Both the position numbers and the translations under genes were made by a program. A stretch of 30,797 nt of DNA from Nautiliaceae bacterium (GTDB taxonomy: Bacteria; Campylobacterota; Campylobacteria; Campylobacterales; Nautiliaceae). Of this stretch, positions 8,766 to 20,253 are shown piece after piece. Position 1 is the stretch's first letter, and each line of letters begins with the position of its first letter. The stretch is taken from NCBI GenBank assembly GCA_039831155.1, contig JBDONT010000031.1, positions 1-30,797 on the forward strand. The letters are read 5' to 3'. The notes beneath the pieces were generated by a model that was given only the letters and a program-made list of their open reading frames with translations, was not told where the DNA came from and made no database searches.

Positions 8766-10773
8766 TATATACTCTCCTTAATTCCATTCCGTTTTTCAAT
8801 TTTATTTTATCAAAACCTTTCTCATAAAACGAAAAATCCACCTCTCCGAATTTAGATAGAATTTTTAACTGTTCTTTTTTATAAACAACTTCTTTATTAA
8901 AAATTTTGAAATTAAAAGGCAATAAAAATTCAAACAATAATTTCTTAACCCCACTAAATCTAAATTCAAAAGAGATAATGTCTTTATATTCAACTTCTTT
9001 ATTTATCAAAGGAACTTTAGGAGCCAGCTTAAACAACTCTTTTAAAAAGCTCTCTTTTCCTTCATATTCATAAAAATAAAACAGCTTCTCATCCAAATAA
9101 AAAAACAGCTTATTCTCTCCGTCCCAAAAATAGAATTCTCCCTTTTCATTCATTTTTACCGTTATCTCTTTTTGAGAAATTTTTTCTCCCTCTTTTAATA
9201 CATCATATTTAAAAACATCATCCAAAATAAAAGTAAGTCTTAATTTCATAGATTTATCAATCACACTCGCTTCTATCTCCTCACCCTTTTTAGGTGAATC
9301 ATAATAATAAAGTCTATTGTCTTTTATAAAATCCACAAACTTAAAAGGTAAAGTCTCACTTCCCAAAACCCCGTATTTTTGAACTTGAATATGGATGTGA
9401 GGCTCCGGAGAATATCCACTGTTTCCACATTTACCTATAATATCTCCACCCCTAACATAATCCCCTACTTTTACAGTAATGGAATTTTGCATTAAATGAG
9501 AAATTTCAACAAAATATCCAAAATCACTTTTTATAATAATATAATTCCCCCAATTGTTAACTCTATCTACATTTCCTATAAAATTATCCGGTAAATCATT
9601 ACGCAAAGCAACCACATATCCATTGATAGGAGCCGTTACAACTTTTCCAAAAGCATAATAATCCTCTAAAAACAACCCGTCATTAGCATATGTTTTTCCA
9701 TTCTTTTTAATAACAAAATCATAAGCATATTTCCAGCTTCCCTTATGAGTCCACTCATCGTCAAAAGCTTGATATACACTCCACTTTCCGGTAAACGGGA
9801 GGTTTATTTTAATATCGTTTCCTCCAAATCTAAAAACCAAACTCAAATAAGAAAGCAGAGATTTTTCGGGAGTCGATTTTATAGCATAATTAAAATATTT
9901 ATACCCTACGCTAAATAAAAGCATAATAAACAAAAGCGTAATTAAATTAAAAGGAAGAGTATAAACCGGCAAAGAATAGATATTAAAAAACACTTCCATT
10001 GAATCAATCAACACAACAGAAAGCACCACTCCCAAAAAAGCCAAAAGAAAACTTTTAATATTGGGAATTAAAAATATTCCTCCAAGTGCCATAGCAATTA
10101 ACAAAAAGTTAAAGTTATAAGGAGAATAAAGGGCTTGAGAAAAAGGAATAAATAAAGAGTGTACAAAAACCCCTATCCAAAATCCCACAAAAGCTAGAAA
10201 AAACAGAATTCTAGAATAAAAAAGAAGTATCAACGCTATAAAAAACCCGGCAACCGTATAAGGTAAAAAGAAAATTGTCCCTAACGACTTGAAAAAAGAA
10301 TCAAAAGGCAAATTTATATCAAAAAGAGCTTTTCTGTGAAGCAAATTGATAAATAAATTGGTATATTTTAAACTGGCTAAATAAAAAAGCATACTCACAA
10401 AAGCAAAAGGCAAAGATAAAATAGGCAAAGAATACTTAATAAAAACCCTATTTAAGCTAAAAGAGACTAAAAATGTCAAAATCGAAAGCAATATAGTTAA
10501 GATTATCGTTACATACGTTACATCAAAAAAATACCCGACCCCCATTCCCACCAATAAAGAGTTATAAAGATAAAACCCGTATTTTAAATACTCATCCCTG
10601 ATATTAATAAATTCGGCAAACAAAATCGTAGAAATAATAGCAACAAGACCTAAAATCCCCACACTAGGCAATAAAAAAGAGAGCAAAAATAAAAATGCCC
10701 CTACTTTTAAATCCTGTAAAAAAAGAATGGAAACATAAGGTTTAAAAATAAATTTTATCTTTTTTATTTTCAA
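8740..10773 (-). CDS. Urea-transporter (UT)-fold membrane domain fused to an M23 zinc metallopeptidase domain
   Basis: N-terminal ~290 aa with about 10 TM segments and the duplicated UT signature LPILSLPF / LPVYTLPF plus YNSLLVG / FNFLLIA; then M23 motifs H343...D352 (HKGSWKYAYD), APINGYV, GNYIII, GDIIGKCGNSGYS, H459-x-H461. TTG start. Confidence 0.85.
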   Translation of the reverse strand: MKIKKIKFIFKPYVSILFLQDLKVGAFLFLLSFLLPSVGILGLVAIISTILFAEFINIRDEYLKYGFYLYNSLLVGMGVGYFFDVTYVTIILTILLSILTFLVSFSLNRVFIKYSLPILSLPFAFVSMLFYLASLKYTNLFINLLHRKALFDINLPFDSFFKSLGTIFFLPYTVAGFFIALILLFYSRILFFLAFVGFWIGVFVHSLFIPFSQALYSPYNFNFLLIAMALGGIFLIPNIKSFLLAFLGVVLSVVLIDSMEVFFNIYSLPVYTLPFNLITLLFIMLLFSVGYKYFNYAIKSTPEKSLLSYLSLVFRFGGNDIKINLPFTGKWSVYQAFDDEWTHKGSWKYAYDFVIKKNGKTYANDGLFLEDYYAFGKVVTAPINGYVVALRNDLPDNFIGNVDRVNNWGNYIIIKSDFGYFVEISHLMQNSITVKVGDYVRGGDIIGKCGNSGYSPEPHIHIQVQKYGVLGSETLPFKFVDFIKDNRLYYYDSPKKGEEIEASVIDKSMKLRLTFILDDVFKYDVLKEGEKISQKEITVKMNEKGEFYFWDGENKLFFYLDEKLFYFYEYEGKESFLKELFKLAPKVPLINKEVEYKDIISFEFRFSGVKKLLFEFLLPFNFKIFNKEVVYKKEQLKILSKFGEVDFSFYEKGFDKIKLKNGMELRRVYNEKDNFGY

Positions 10774-10777
10774 TTTC

Positions 10778-12115
10778 TTAACCTTTTAAGAAATCCGGAA
10801 TAATCTCTTTTTCCACAACATACTCTAAATTATCGGCTTCTCTTATTAAGTGAGTATTTGAGTCTTTGTCTATAAGTACAATTTTAGGTCTATATCTGAT
10901 AAACTGCATAGATTGAGTAACGTTATAAGCCCCTACCGGCCAAATACTAAGTACCGTACCTCTCTCAAGAGGTGGTAACATAATATTTTCTGCAATAATA
11001 TCAATATTCATACATAAAGGTCCGTTTATCTGACTATGTTCATTTAACCCTTCATATCTTTTATCAAGAGATATCTCAAAATTGTACCAAAACGCCGTAT
11101 ACAAAAGATTCACTCCAGCATCTACAATATAACTCTTTTTACCATCCGGCATTCTTTTGGAAGCAAATACACTTGTTAATAAAAATCCGGCTTCATCTAT
11201 CAAAGCACGACCGGTTTCTAAATAAAGCTTAGGAAGTTTCCCTTTATTATGTTCAAAAATAGCATTAGTAACAGCCTCTGCATATTCATCGGCACTAGGG
11301 ACTATAACTTCCGGAGCCTGATATACACCTTTTAGTCTATTTTTTGAAGCAAATCCACCTCCTATATCAATATATTCAATCTCATATCCGAAATCTTTTT
11401 CAACTCTGTTTTTAAGTTCTATCAATTTTTTAGTTTCATTTGTATAAGCTTCGGCACTTAACATAAAAGTACCTATATGAGAATGAAGTCCGATTAAATA
11501 AAGTTTTTTACCTTCAAAAATTCTTTTTATGGCATCATAAGCCTCACCGTTATCGATATTAAATCCGAATCTACTCCATTGAGGATAAACTCCCGTATCC
11601 ATATTACATCTAATAGCCACCGGAATTTCTATTCCAAGCTCTTCCGCTATCTCTTCAAGGTCATTTATTTCATACCAATGGTCAATATGAATTTTAGCTC
11701 CTTCTTTTACTGCTACTTTTAAAGTTTCTTTTGGTTTGTAAGGTCCATTAAAGATTATATCCTTTCCTTCAATTCCAAGACGTCTTGCTTTTTGGTATTC
11801 AAATTCACTAACAACTTCGGCTTTACTTCCAAGTTTATGATAAATTTTACAAATAGCGTCAAAATAGTTTGTTTTATAACTCCACCAAAACTCAACTTCC
11901 GGATATCTACTTGAAAAAGCGTTTTTAAACTCAAGATATTTATCTTCAATTGCTCTTTGACTAAACACAAAAAGTGGACTTCCGTATTTTTCCGTAAGTT
12001 CTCTAACACTTACCCCGTCAATCTCACCTCTTATTTTTTGGGTTTTAAGTGGACTTCCATATTTACTCGCCATTGCAAAATCAACTCTATTAATAGTAGG
12101 TTTTTCATAATTCAT
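10778..12115 (-). CDS. Fold-type III PLP-dependent decarboxylase (diaminopimelate/ornithine decarboxylase superfamily, MccE-like; probably not LysA) with N-terminal extension
   Basis: SYKTN (PLP Lys), IFNGPYK, SRFG, HSHIGT, DIGGGF, ETGR, DAG, GPLCMNID, GAY motifs; AAGGAG SD. Confidence 0.85.
   Translation of the reverse strand: MNYEKPTINRVDFAMASKYGSPLKTQKIRGEIDGVSVRELTEKYGSPLFVFSQRAIEDKYLEFKNAFSSRYPEVEFWWSYKTNYFDAICKIYHKLGSKAEVVSEFEYQKARRLGIEGKDIIFNGPYKPKETLKVAVKEGAKIHIDHWYEINDLEEIAEELGIEIPVAIRCNMDTGVYPQWSRFGFNIDNGEAYDAIKRIFEGKKLYLIGLHSHIGTFMLSAEAYTNETKKLIELKNRVEKDFGYEIEYIDIGGGFASKNRLKGVYQAPEVIVPSADEYAEAVTNAIFEHNKGKLPKLYLETGRALIDEAGFLLTSVFASKRMPDGKKSYIVDAGVNLLYTAFWYNFEISLDKRYEGLNEHSQINGPLCMNIDIIAENIMLPPLERGTVLSIWPVGAYNVTQSMQFIRYRPKIVLIDKDSNTHLIREADNLEYVVEKEIIPDFLKG
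11972..12064 (-). repeat. Direct repeat encoding KYGSPL twice in the decarboxylase N-terminus
   Basis: aagtggacttccgtattt (11972-11989) and aagtggacttccatattt (12047-12064): 17/18 identical, 75 nt (25 codons) apart, in frame. Confidence 0.85.
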
Positions 12116-12130
12116 AATTCACTCCTTAAA

Positions 12131-13141
12131 TTAAATCTCTTTTTTTGATATCAACGTAGAAAATTTATTAAAATCAACCATCGTCTCTTCTACATATCTT
12201 ACATACATCTTTTCGCTAGGATAATCAAATCTTTTTTCAACTTTTTTACCTTCAATTAAATCCAATAAACTTTGAGGCAGATTAACTCCAAGCATTGTGG
12301 AAAAATACACCCACGCCGGAAATCTAGGGTTTATTTCTATTAAATATATATCTTTTCCATCACTCATAGCCTCAAACTCAAAAGCACCTCTCCAACCTAT
12401 CATTTCAACAAATTTCTTACTTACACTGAAAAGCTGTTCATTTTTAATACTCACGGCACTCCAAACTTTACCTAAATCCGTAGTGGTTAATTTTTTCATT
12501 CCCATACCTGCTACAAGACTCTCTCCATCTCCAATACCTACAAAGTTAATTTCTATCCCACTTATAACCTCTTGAACCAAAAGAGGGAATCCCCATTCAT
12601 TTGATATTTTATAATAATACTCAATCGCTTCATCCAAATTATAAGCTTTATAAGCTTTATAATAATTTCCTTTTACCATTACCGGAAATCCAATTTCTTT
12701 AGTGGCTTTTATCAAATCATCAAGAGAAACCACCTCTATGGTTTTTGGATGTTTAACACCAAGTTTTTTACTAAATTCTGGTAATTTACTTTTATCCCTC
12801 ATCTCAAAACACTCAAGGCTCGGCAGATAAGTTTTAATTCCAAGCTCTTTTATCTCTTTTTGATATTTAATATAAAGAGGAAGTTCTGCATCAAGGGTCG
12901 GAATTGCAACTTCAATATTTGACTTTTCTTTAATATCCGTTATTCTTTTTTTAAACTCTTCATACCCTAAACTAGGATACGGCATAAGATAAACTTTTTC
13001 AAAAAGCCCCTGATAAATCCCCGGTTCATTAGGGTCGTAACTAAGCCCTATTAAAGTATTTTTATCCATTAAACTTTTCGCAACCGGAATTCCGGGTGCC
13101 GGATTGTCAGTATTGTTAAGCCCACTTACTGCCACTCTCAT
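12131..13141 (-). CDS. ATP-grasp ligase (CarB-like single ATP-grasp), substrate unknown
   Basis: RDKSKL, IGFPVMVKG, LVQEVISGIE, FEFEAM, IYLIEINPRF ATP-grasp motifs; ATGA overlap with the RRE gene. Confidence 0.88.
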   Translation of the reverse strand: MRVAVSGLNNTDNPAPGIPVAKSLMDKNTLIGLSYDPNEPGIYQGLFEKVYLMPYPSLGYEEFKKRITDIKEKSNIEVAIPTLDAELPLYIKYQKEIKELGIKTYLPSLECFEMRDKSKLPEFSKKLGVKHPKTIEVVSLDDLIKATKEIGFPVMVKGNYYKAYKAYNLDEAIEYYYKISNEWGFPLLVQEVISGIEINFVGIGDGESLVAGMGMKKLTTTDLGKVWSAVSIKNEQLFSVSKKFVEMIGWRGAFEFEAMSDGKDIYLIEINPRFPAWVYFSTMLGVNLPQSLLDLIEGKKVEKRFDYPSEKMYVRYVEETMVDFNKFSTLISKKEI

Positions 13142-13374
13142 TTTATAAGCTCATATACTTTAAGTTTTTGAAAAAAATCTTCAACATCTATATAAACATC
13201 TCTACAACTTTTCCCACTCTCTTGAGATAAAATCTTTACAATCTCTTCTTTACTTTTTCCTTCTTTAATAAGCTGAATAATCTTTTTTGCAGATTCATTT
13301 AGCTGATAAGATGTCCCAAGTGAAGGAATAAATCCCATATTATTTTCGTCAATTATCATTTCATGTAACAACAT
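13138..13374 (-). CDS. Stand-alone PqqD-family / RiPP recognition element (RRE) protein
   Basis: 78 aa; three short strands then SYQLNESAKKIIQLI, SKEEIVKILSQE, DVYIDVEDFFQKLKVYELI, matching the PqqD beta3-alpha3 pattern (LN..A..I; D...F...L....LI); AAGGAG SD at 13386-13381. Confidence 0.82.
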   Translation of the reverse strand: MLLHEMIIDENNMGFIPSLGTSYQLNESAKKIIQLIKEGKSKEEIVKILSQESGKSCRDVYIDVEDFFQKLKVYELIK

Positions 13375-13401
13375 ATTTAACTCCTTTAAGTATTTGTAAG
13401 A

Positions 13402-13407
13402 ATTATA
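13402..13407 (-). promoter_or_regulatory. Putative -10 element for the RRE/ATP-grasp operon
   Basis: TATAAT on the minus strand 27 nt upstream of the RRE ATG in the 78-bp gap after guaB. Confidence 0.45.
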
Positions 13408-13452
13408 TAATATTAAAGTTAATGAAGAGTAAATAAAAGAAAAAAAGAGAGG

Positions 13453-16253
<2,801 letters not shown>

Positions 16254-16262
16254 CACAATCCT

Positions 16263-16367
16263 TTATTTTGGTATCAAACTTTTAAGCCATAAATATATTA
16301 TAAAACTAATTCCCACAATTGCTACTATATTCTCCACTATAAATAAAAAACTAACCGGCTTATCCAT
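16263..16367 (-). CDS. Putative 34-aa single-TM small protein (MDKPVSFLFIVENIVAIVGISFIIYLWLKSLIPK)
   Basis: Translated by hand; TAATG stop/start overlap with the upstream 33-aa ORF, AGGG SD-like sequence; stop sits beside the gatA SD. Confidence 0.5.
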   Translation of the reverse strand: MDKPVSFLFIVENIVAIVGISFIIYLWLKSLIPK

Positions 16368-16468
16368 TATAAATCCCTAATTATAGGCCAGTTATACTTA
16401 TAAGCCAGATATCCGAGTATCATTGCAAGTGGTATAAGAGAGGCAATAAATACTTCACCTACACTCAT
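16367..16468 (-). CDS. Putative 33-aa single-TM small protein ([33 protein letters not shown])
   Basis: Translated by hand; ATGA overlap with the upstream 60-aa ORF, AAGGA SD 7 nt upstream, one hydrophobic helix. Confidence 0.6.
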   Translation of the reverse strand: MSVGEVFIASLIPLAMILGYLAYKYNWPIIRDL

Positions 16469-16647
16469 TTTCCATCCTTTTTATATATTGGTTCATCATT
16501 TACAATAATTATTAATGCAACAAATAAAAAACCAAGAATAAAATACAAATAATTATTCTGTTCGAAAAACTTAATTGTATAAAACCATAAACCACCTGCA
16601 ACAGCCAGTAAAAGCTTTTTATATAAAGCATCAATAATTTTATCCAT
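16465..16647 (-). CDS. Putative 60-aa two-TM small membrane protein
   Basis: ATG 16647 overlaps the ileS stop (ATGGATAA); two hydrophobic segments [12 protein letters not shown] and [17 protein letters not shown]. Confidence 0.55.
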   Translation of the reverse strand: MDKIIDALYKKLLLAVAGGLWFYTIKFFEQNNYLYFILGFLFVALIIIVNDEPIYKKDGK

Positions 16648-19375
16648 TAATAGCCTCAGAACATCTATCACACAATTCACCCTCATTTTTAGCTAAATAT
16701 CTCCAACATCTAGGACATTTATGAAGAGGTGAGCGTTTAATTTTTATAACAAACTGTTCATCTTGAATATGAAATTCATCTAACATTTCACCTTCTATAT
16801 TATCGCTAATTAAACTCACAACAAAGAAATCCGCCATTTCATCTACAAGCAGTTTTTCATAATTTGTCTCAATCGCAAGTTCGAGTGTATCTTTTATAAC
16901 TTTTTCTTTTTTAAGCTTATCAACTATTTCAAAAAATCTTCTTCTAATTTCAAGTATTTCCTCATCAATAGGATTTTCAACAGCCACTAAAGGCGTATAC
17001 ACAAAGTCAAAAACATCTTTTGCATTTTCTTTTATTACTTTCGGAGCGTGTTCTACTGCCTCATCCATAGTATATGTAAGTACAGGTGCAAGAAGTGAAA
17101 TAAGTTCTTTTACAATCACAGCCATTGTACTTTGAGAATTTCTTCTTTTTTCAGAATTAAGTGGTTCACAATATAGTCTGTCTTTACATACGTCCATATA
17201 AATCGCACTAAGTTCGGTTACGATAAAGTTATTTAATATATTAAACGCTTTAGAAAAGTCGTATTTACCAAATAGTGCCACCACTTCGTCAAATACCTCT
17301 TTGCTTCTGGCTAAAATCCATCTGTCAATCATAGAAGGGTTTGTAAGTTTAACTTCTTCCAAATCGTTTACGTTCGCTAATAAAAATCTTATTGTATTTC
17401 TTATTTTTCTATACTGTTCGGCTACTTGTTTTAAAATACCTTCACTTATTTTAATATCTCCGCTATAATCGCTTGTAGCAACCCAAAGTCTAAGTATTTC
17501 GGTACCGAATTTTTTAGAAACTTCTTGAGGTGCTACGACGTTTCCTTTAGACTTACTCATCTTTTCACCTTTTTCATCAACGGTGAAACCGTGAGTAAGG
17601 ATAGATTTATAAGGAGCTTTTTCTTCTATAGCCGTAGAGACTAAAAGAGAACTTTGGAACCATCCTCTATGCTGGTCACTTCCCTCAAGATACATATTTG
17701 CAGGATATTTTCCAGCATCATAATGTCCGTTTTTAAGCACTGCAAACCAGGTTGAACCACTATCAAACCATACGTCCAAAATATCGTTTACTTTTTCAAG
17801 TTTAGAAGCCAATTCTTTTTTGGTTTCAGGAAGCAACTCTTCAATGCTTAAATCATACCAAGCATCGGCACCTTTTTCTTTAAAAATATTATAAATATTC
17901 TCAATAATTTCTTCATCAATTACAAGCTCACCCGTATCTTTATTTCTAAAAAACGCAATTGGAACACCCCAGTCTCTTTGACGGCTTATACACCAATCCG
18001 GTCTATTGCTTACCATTGTATTTAATCTGTTTTTACCGGTTTTTGGAGTAAACTCAACTTTTTCAATCTCTTTTAAAGCTCTGTTTCTTAAAGTATCTCC
18101 GTTTGACTCTTTATCCATTGCGATAAAAAACTGCTTAGTAGCTCTAAAAATTACCGGATTATGACATCTCCAGCAGTGTGGATAGCTGTGTGTAAATTTA
18201 GAAGCTTTTACAAGTTTATCTCCTAAAAGTTCCAAAATTTTAGGATTAGCCTCAAATATATGCATTCCCTTAAACTCTTGAGGCAACAGTTTTTCAATTA
18301 CGATTAGATTAGAATATTTACCTTCATCGTCTACAGGCTGCAGTATTTCACTAAATCCGTATCTAAGCCATACTCTATAGTCTTCCTCACCATGTCCGGG
18401 AGCCGTATGAACGCACCCGGTACCTCCGTCCATCGTTACGTGTTCACCTAAAATTATCACAGATTCTCTGCCGTTTAGAGGGTTTATCGCTTTTAAATTT
18501 TCAAGTTCTTTTGCTTCAAACTCTTTAACTATGTCGCCGCTTACAACACCCTCTTCTTTTAAGGCTTCAAAACGTTCTTTCGCTACTATTTTATTATCAC
18601 TAGTTAATACGTATTTTTCTTCCGGATTTAGAGCAATTCCCATATTAGCAGGAAGAGTCCAAGGAGTTGTAGTCCAAATAACAACACTTGCGTCATTAAT
18701 TCCCAGTTTACTTTTAGCTTCATCACCTAAAGGAAATGCAACGTAAATCGAATAGTCTTCTTTGTCTTCATACTCAACTTCGGCTTCTGCAAGTGCTGTT
18801 TTATCGTGCATACACCAAAATACCGGTTTGCTTCTTTCAATTAAAAGTCCCTTTTTGGCAATTTCTGCCAAGGCTTTATAAATATTGGCTTCAAATTCAA
18901 AATCCATCGTTTTATAAGGATTATCCCAATCCCCTATAACTCCAAGATTTTGAAACTCTTCTTTTTGAATTTCAATAAATTTAGCAGCGTGCTGACGGCA
19001 AAGTTCTCTGATTTTACTTTTAGGAAGACTCTCTTTTTTTTCTCTTCCTATTTTCTTTTCCACTTGTTGTTCGATAGGAAGACCGTGACAATCCCATCCC
19101 GGTGTAAACCTAATATCAAACCCTTGATAATAGTAAAATTTATTAATTATATCTTTTAAAATTTTATTAAGTGCGTGTCCTATGTGAATATGCCCGTTTG
19201 CATAAGGAGGACCGTCGTGCAGTGTAAAGTTATCATTACCTTTTCTGTTTTCTTTCATTCTCTCATATACGTTTTCACTAAACCATTTTTTATATCTTTT
19301 AGGCTCGTTTTGAGGAAGATTACCACGCATAGGAAAGGTGGTTTTAGGCAAAAGAAGAGTATCTTTATAATCCAT
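16640..19375 (-). CDS. ileS: Isoleucyl-tRNA synthetase (type 1)
   Basis: [49 protein letters not shown]-terminal CPRCW...CDRC zinc finger. Confidence 0.98.
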   Translation of the reverse strand: MDYKDTLLLPKTTFPMRGNLPQNEPKRYKKWFSENVYERMKENRKGNDNFTLHDGPPYANGHIHIGHALNKILKDIINKFYYYQGFDIRFTPGWDCHGLPIEQQVEKKIGREKKESLPKSKIRELCRQHAAKFIEIQKEEFQNLGVIGDWDNPYKTMDFEFEANIYKALAEIAKKGLLIERSKPVFWCMHDKTALAEAEVEYEDKEDYSIYVAFPLGDEAKSKLGINDASVVIWTTTPWTLPANMGIALNPEEKYVLTSDNKIVAKERFEALKEEGVVSGDIVKEFEAKELENLKAINPLNGRESVIILGEHVTMDGGTGCVHTAPGHGEEDYRVWLRYGFSEILQPVDDEGKYSNLIVIEKLLPQEFKGMHIFEANPKILELLGDKLVKASKFTHSYPHCWRCHNPVIFRATKQFFIAMDKESNGDTLRNRALKEIEKVEFTPKTGKNRLNTMVSNRPDWCISRQRDWGVPIAFFRNKDTGELVIDEEIIENIYNIFKEKGADAWYDLSIEELLPETKKELASKLEKVNDILDVWFDSGSTWFAVLKNGHYDAGKYPANMYLEGSDQHRGWFQSSLLVSTAIEEKAPYKSILTHGFTVDEKGEKMSKSKGNVVAPQEVSKKFGTEILRLWVATSDYSGDIKISEGILKQVAEQYRKIRNTIRFLLANVNDLEEVKLTNPSMIDRWILARSKEVFDEVVALFGKYDFSKAFNILNNFIVTELSAIYMDVCKDRLYCEPLNSEKRRNSQSTMAVIVKELISLLAPVLTYTMDEAVEHAPKVIKENAKDVFDFVYTPLVAVENPIDEEILEIRRRFFEIVDKLKKEKVIKDTLELAIETNYEKLLVDEMADFFVVSLISDNIEGEMLDEFHIQDEQFVIKIKRSPLHKCPRCWRYLAKNEGELCDRCSEAING

Positions 19376-19399
19376 CTAAGTTTTCCTTTTTTGCAAGGT

Positions 19400-19408
19400 A
19401 TTATACCA
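19400..19408 (-). promoter_or_regulatory. Extended -10 element for ileS operon
   Basis: TGgTATAAT on the minus strand 24 nt upstream of the ileS ATG, followed by AAGGA. Confidence 0.55.
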
Positions 19409-19418
19409 TAACTTTTAA

Positions 19419-20204
19419 TTATTCAATATGAGAAACGACCTTTATAATTTTAGAATCCGGTCTAAAGAAATAGGCTTTTTCATCATATTCGAATTGAGAG
19501 AGAATATCTCTTATTATGTTGATTCTAGCTCTTTTTTTATCGTTGGCATCCACTATAACCCACGGTGCGTAAGGAGTTGAAGTTGAAGCGAACATATCTT
19601 CTTTAGCTTTTTGATACTCATCATACTTTTCATAACTTTTCCAATCAAGACTGGATAATTTCCACTTTTTAAGAGGGTCCGTTTCTCTTGCTTTTAATCT
19701 TCTATACATCTCTTCTTTTGAAATGTTAAGCCAATATTTAAAAAACTTTATCCCGTCATCCACAATCATCTCTTCAAATCTAGGACACTGTCTTATAAAT
19801 TTCAAATACTCCTCTTTCGTACAAAATCCCATAACCCTCTCAACCCCGGCACGGTTATACCAGCTTCTATCAAACAAAACCATCTCTCCACCTGAAGGAA
19901 AATGTGGCACATAACGTTGAAAATACCACTGCGTTTTTTCTCTATCACTCGGTTTATCAAGTGCGACACTTCTTGCGAATCTAGGATTTAAATGTTCAAG
20001 AATTCTTTTAATAGTCCCGTCTTTTCCGGCGGTATCTATCCCTTCAAATAAAATTATCATTCTTTTATTATTTTTTCTAAGCCATGTTTGAAGCTTTACA
20101 AGTTCAATTTGAAGTTTCAAAAGCTCTTTTTCATAAAATTTAGTTCTCATTTTGCCTTTTTTTTTAAAGGCTTTATCTTTAAATTTATATTCGGGAAGTT
20201 TCAT
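19419..20204 (-). CDS. ppk2: Polyphosphate kinase 2 (class I-type)
   Basis: FEGIDTAGKDG Walker A, QWYFQRY, FDRSWYNR Walker B, DPLKKWKLS, APW...DKKRAR. Start moved to ATG 20204 (AAGGAG SD). Confidence 0.95.
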   Translation of the reverse strand: MKLPEYKFKDKAFKKKGKMRTKFYEKELLKLQIELVKLQTWLRKNNKRMIILFEGIDTAGKDGTIKRILEHLNPRFARSVALDKPSDREKTQWYFQRYVPHFPSGGEMVLFDRSWYNRAGVERVMGFCTKEEYLKFIRQCPRFEEMIVDDGIKFFKYWLNISKEEMYRRLKARETDPLKKWKLSSLDWKSYEKYDEYQKAKEDMFASTSTPYAPWVIVDANDKKRARINIIRDILSQFEYDEKAYFFRPDSKIIKVVSHIE

Positions 20205-20217
20205 TTCATCTCCTTTA

Positions 20218-20241
20218 TGATACAATATCTCAATTATAACA
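20218..20241. promoter_or_regulatory. Overlapping divergent extended -10 elements for cinA and ppk2
   Basis: Plus TGaTACAAT (20218-20226) and minus TGtTATAAT (20241-20233) in a 49-bp gap. Confidence 0.55.
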
Positions 20242-20253
20242 AAAAGGATACAA

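Noticed and set aside
11755-12009. 84-aa alternative-frame ORF inside the decarboxylase gene as a hidden precursor
   Set aside because: Fully nested out-of-frame ORF with TTG start, no clear SD and no leader-like motif.
10778-12115. Housekeeping lysA
   Set aside because: CMNID/SYKTN motifs, N-terminal extension and operon context differ from canonical DAP decarboxylase.
12131-13141. carB or ddl
   Set aside because: Only 336 aa with one ATP-grasp, no carA, and no Ddl GGxSxE motif.
13138-13374. PQQ biosynthesis (pqqD)
   Set aside because: No pqqA/B/C/E nearby; the fold is better read as a generic RRE.
13375-13452. Free-standing precursor peptide gene upstream of the RRE
   Set aside because: The 78-bp gap is filled by a pyrimidine tract, -10 and SD; no SD-led ORF seen. 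A distant precursor elsewhere in the genome cannot be excluded.
19376-19418. T-box or other leader upstream of ileS
   Set aside because: Only 43 bp, occupied by an extended -10 and SD.
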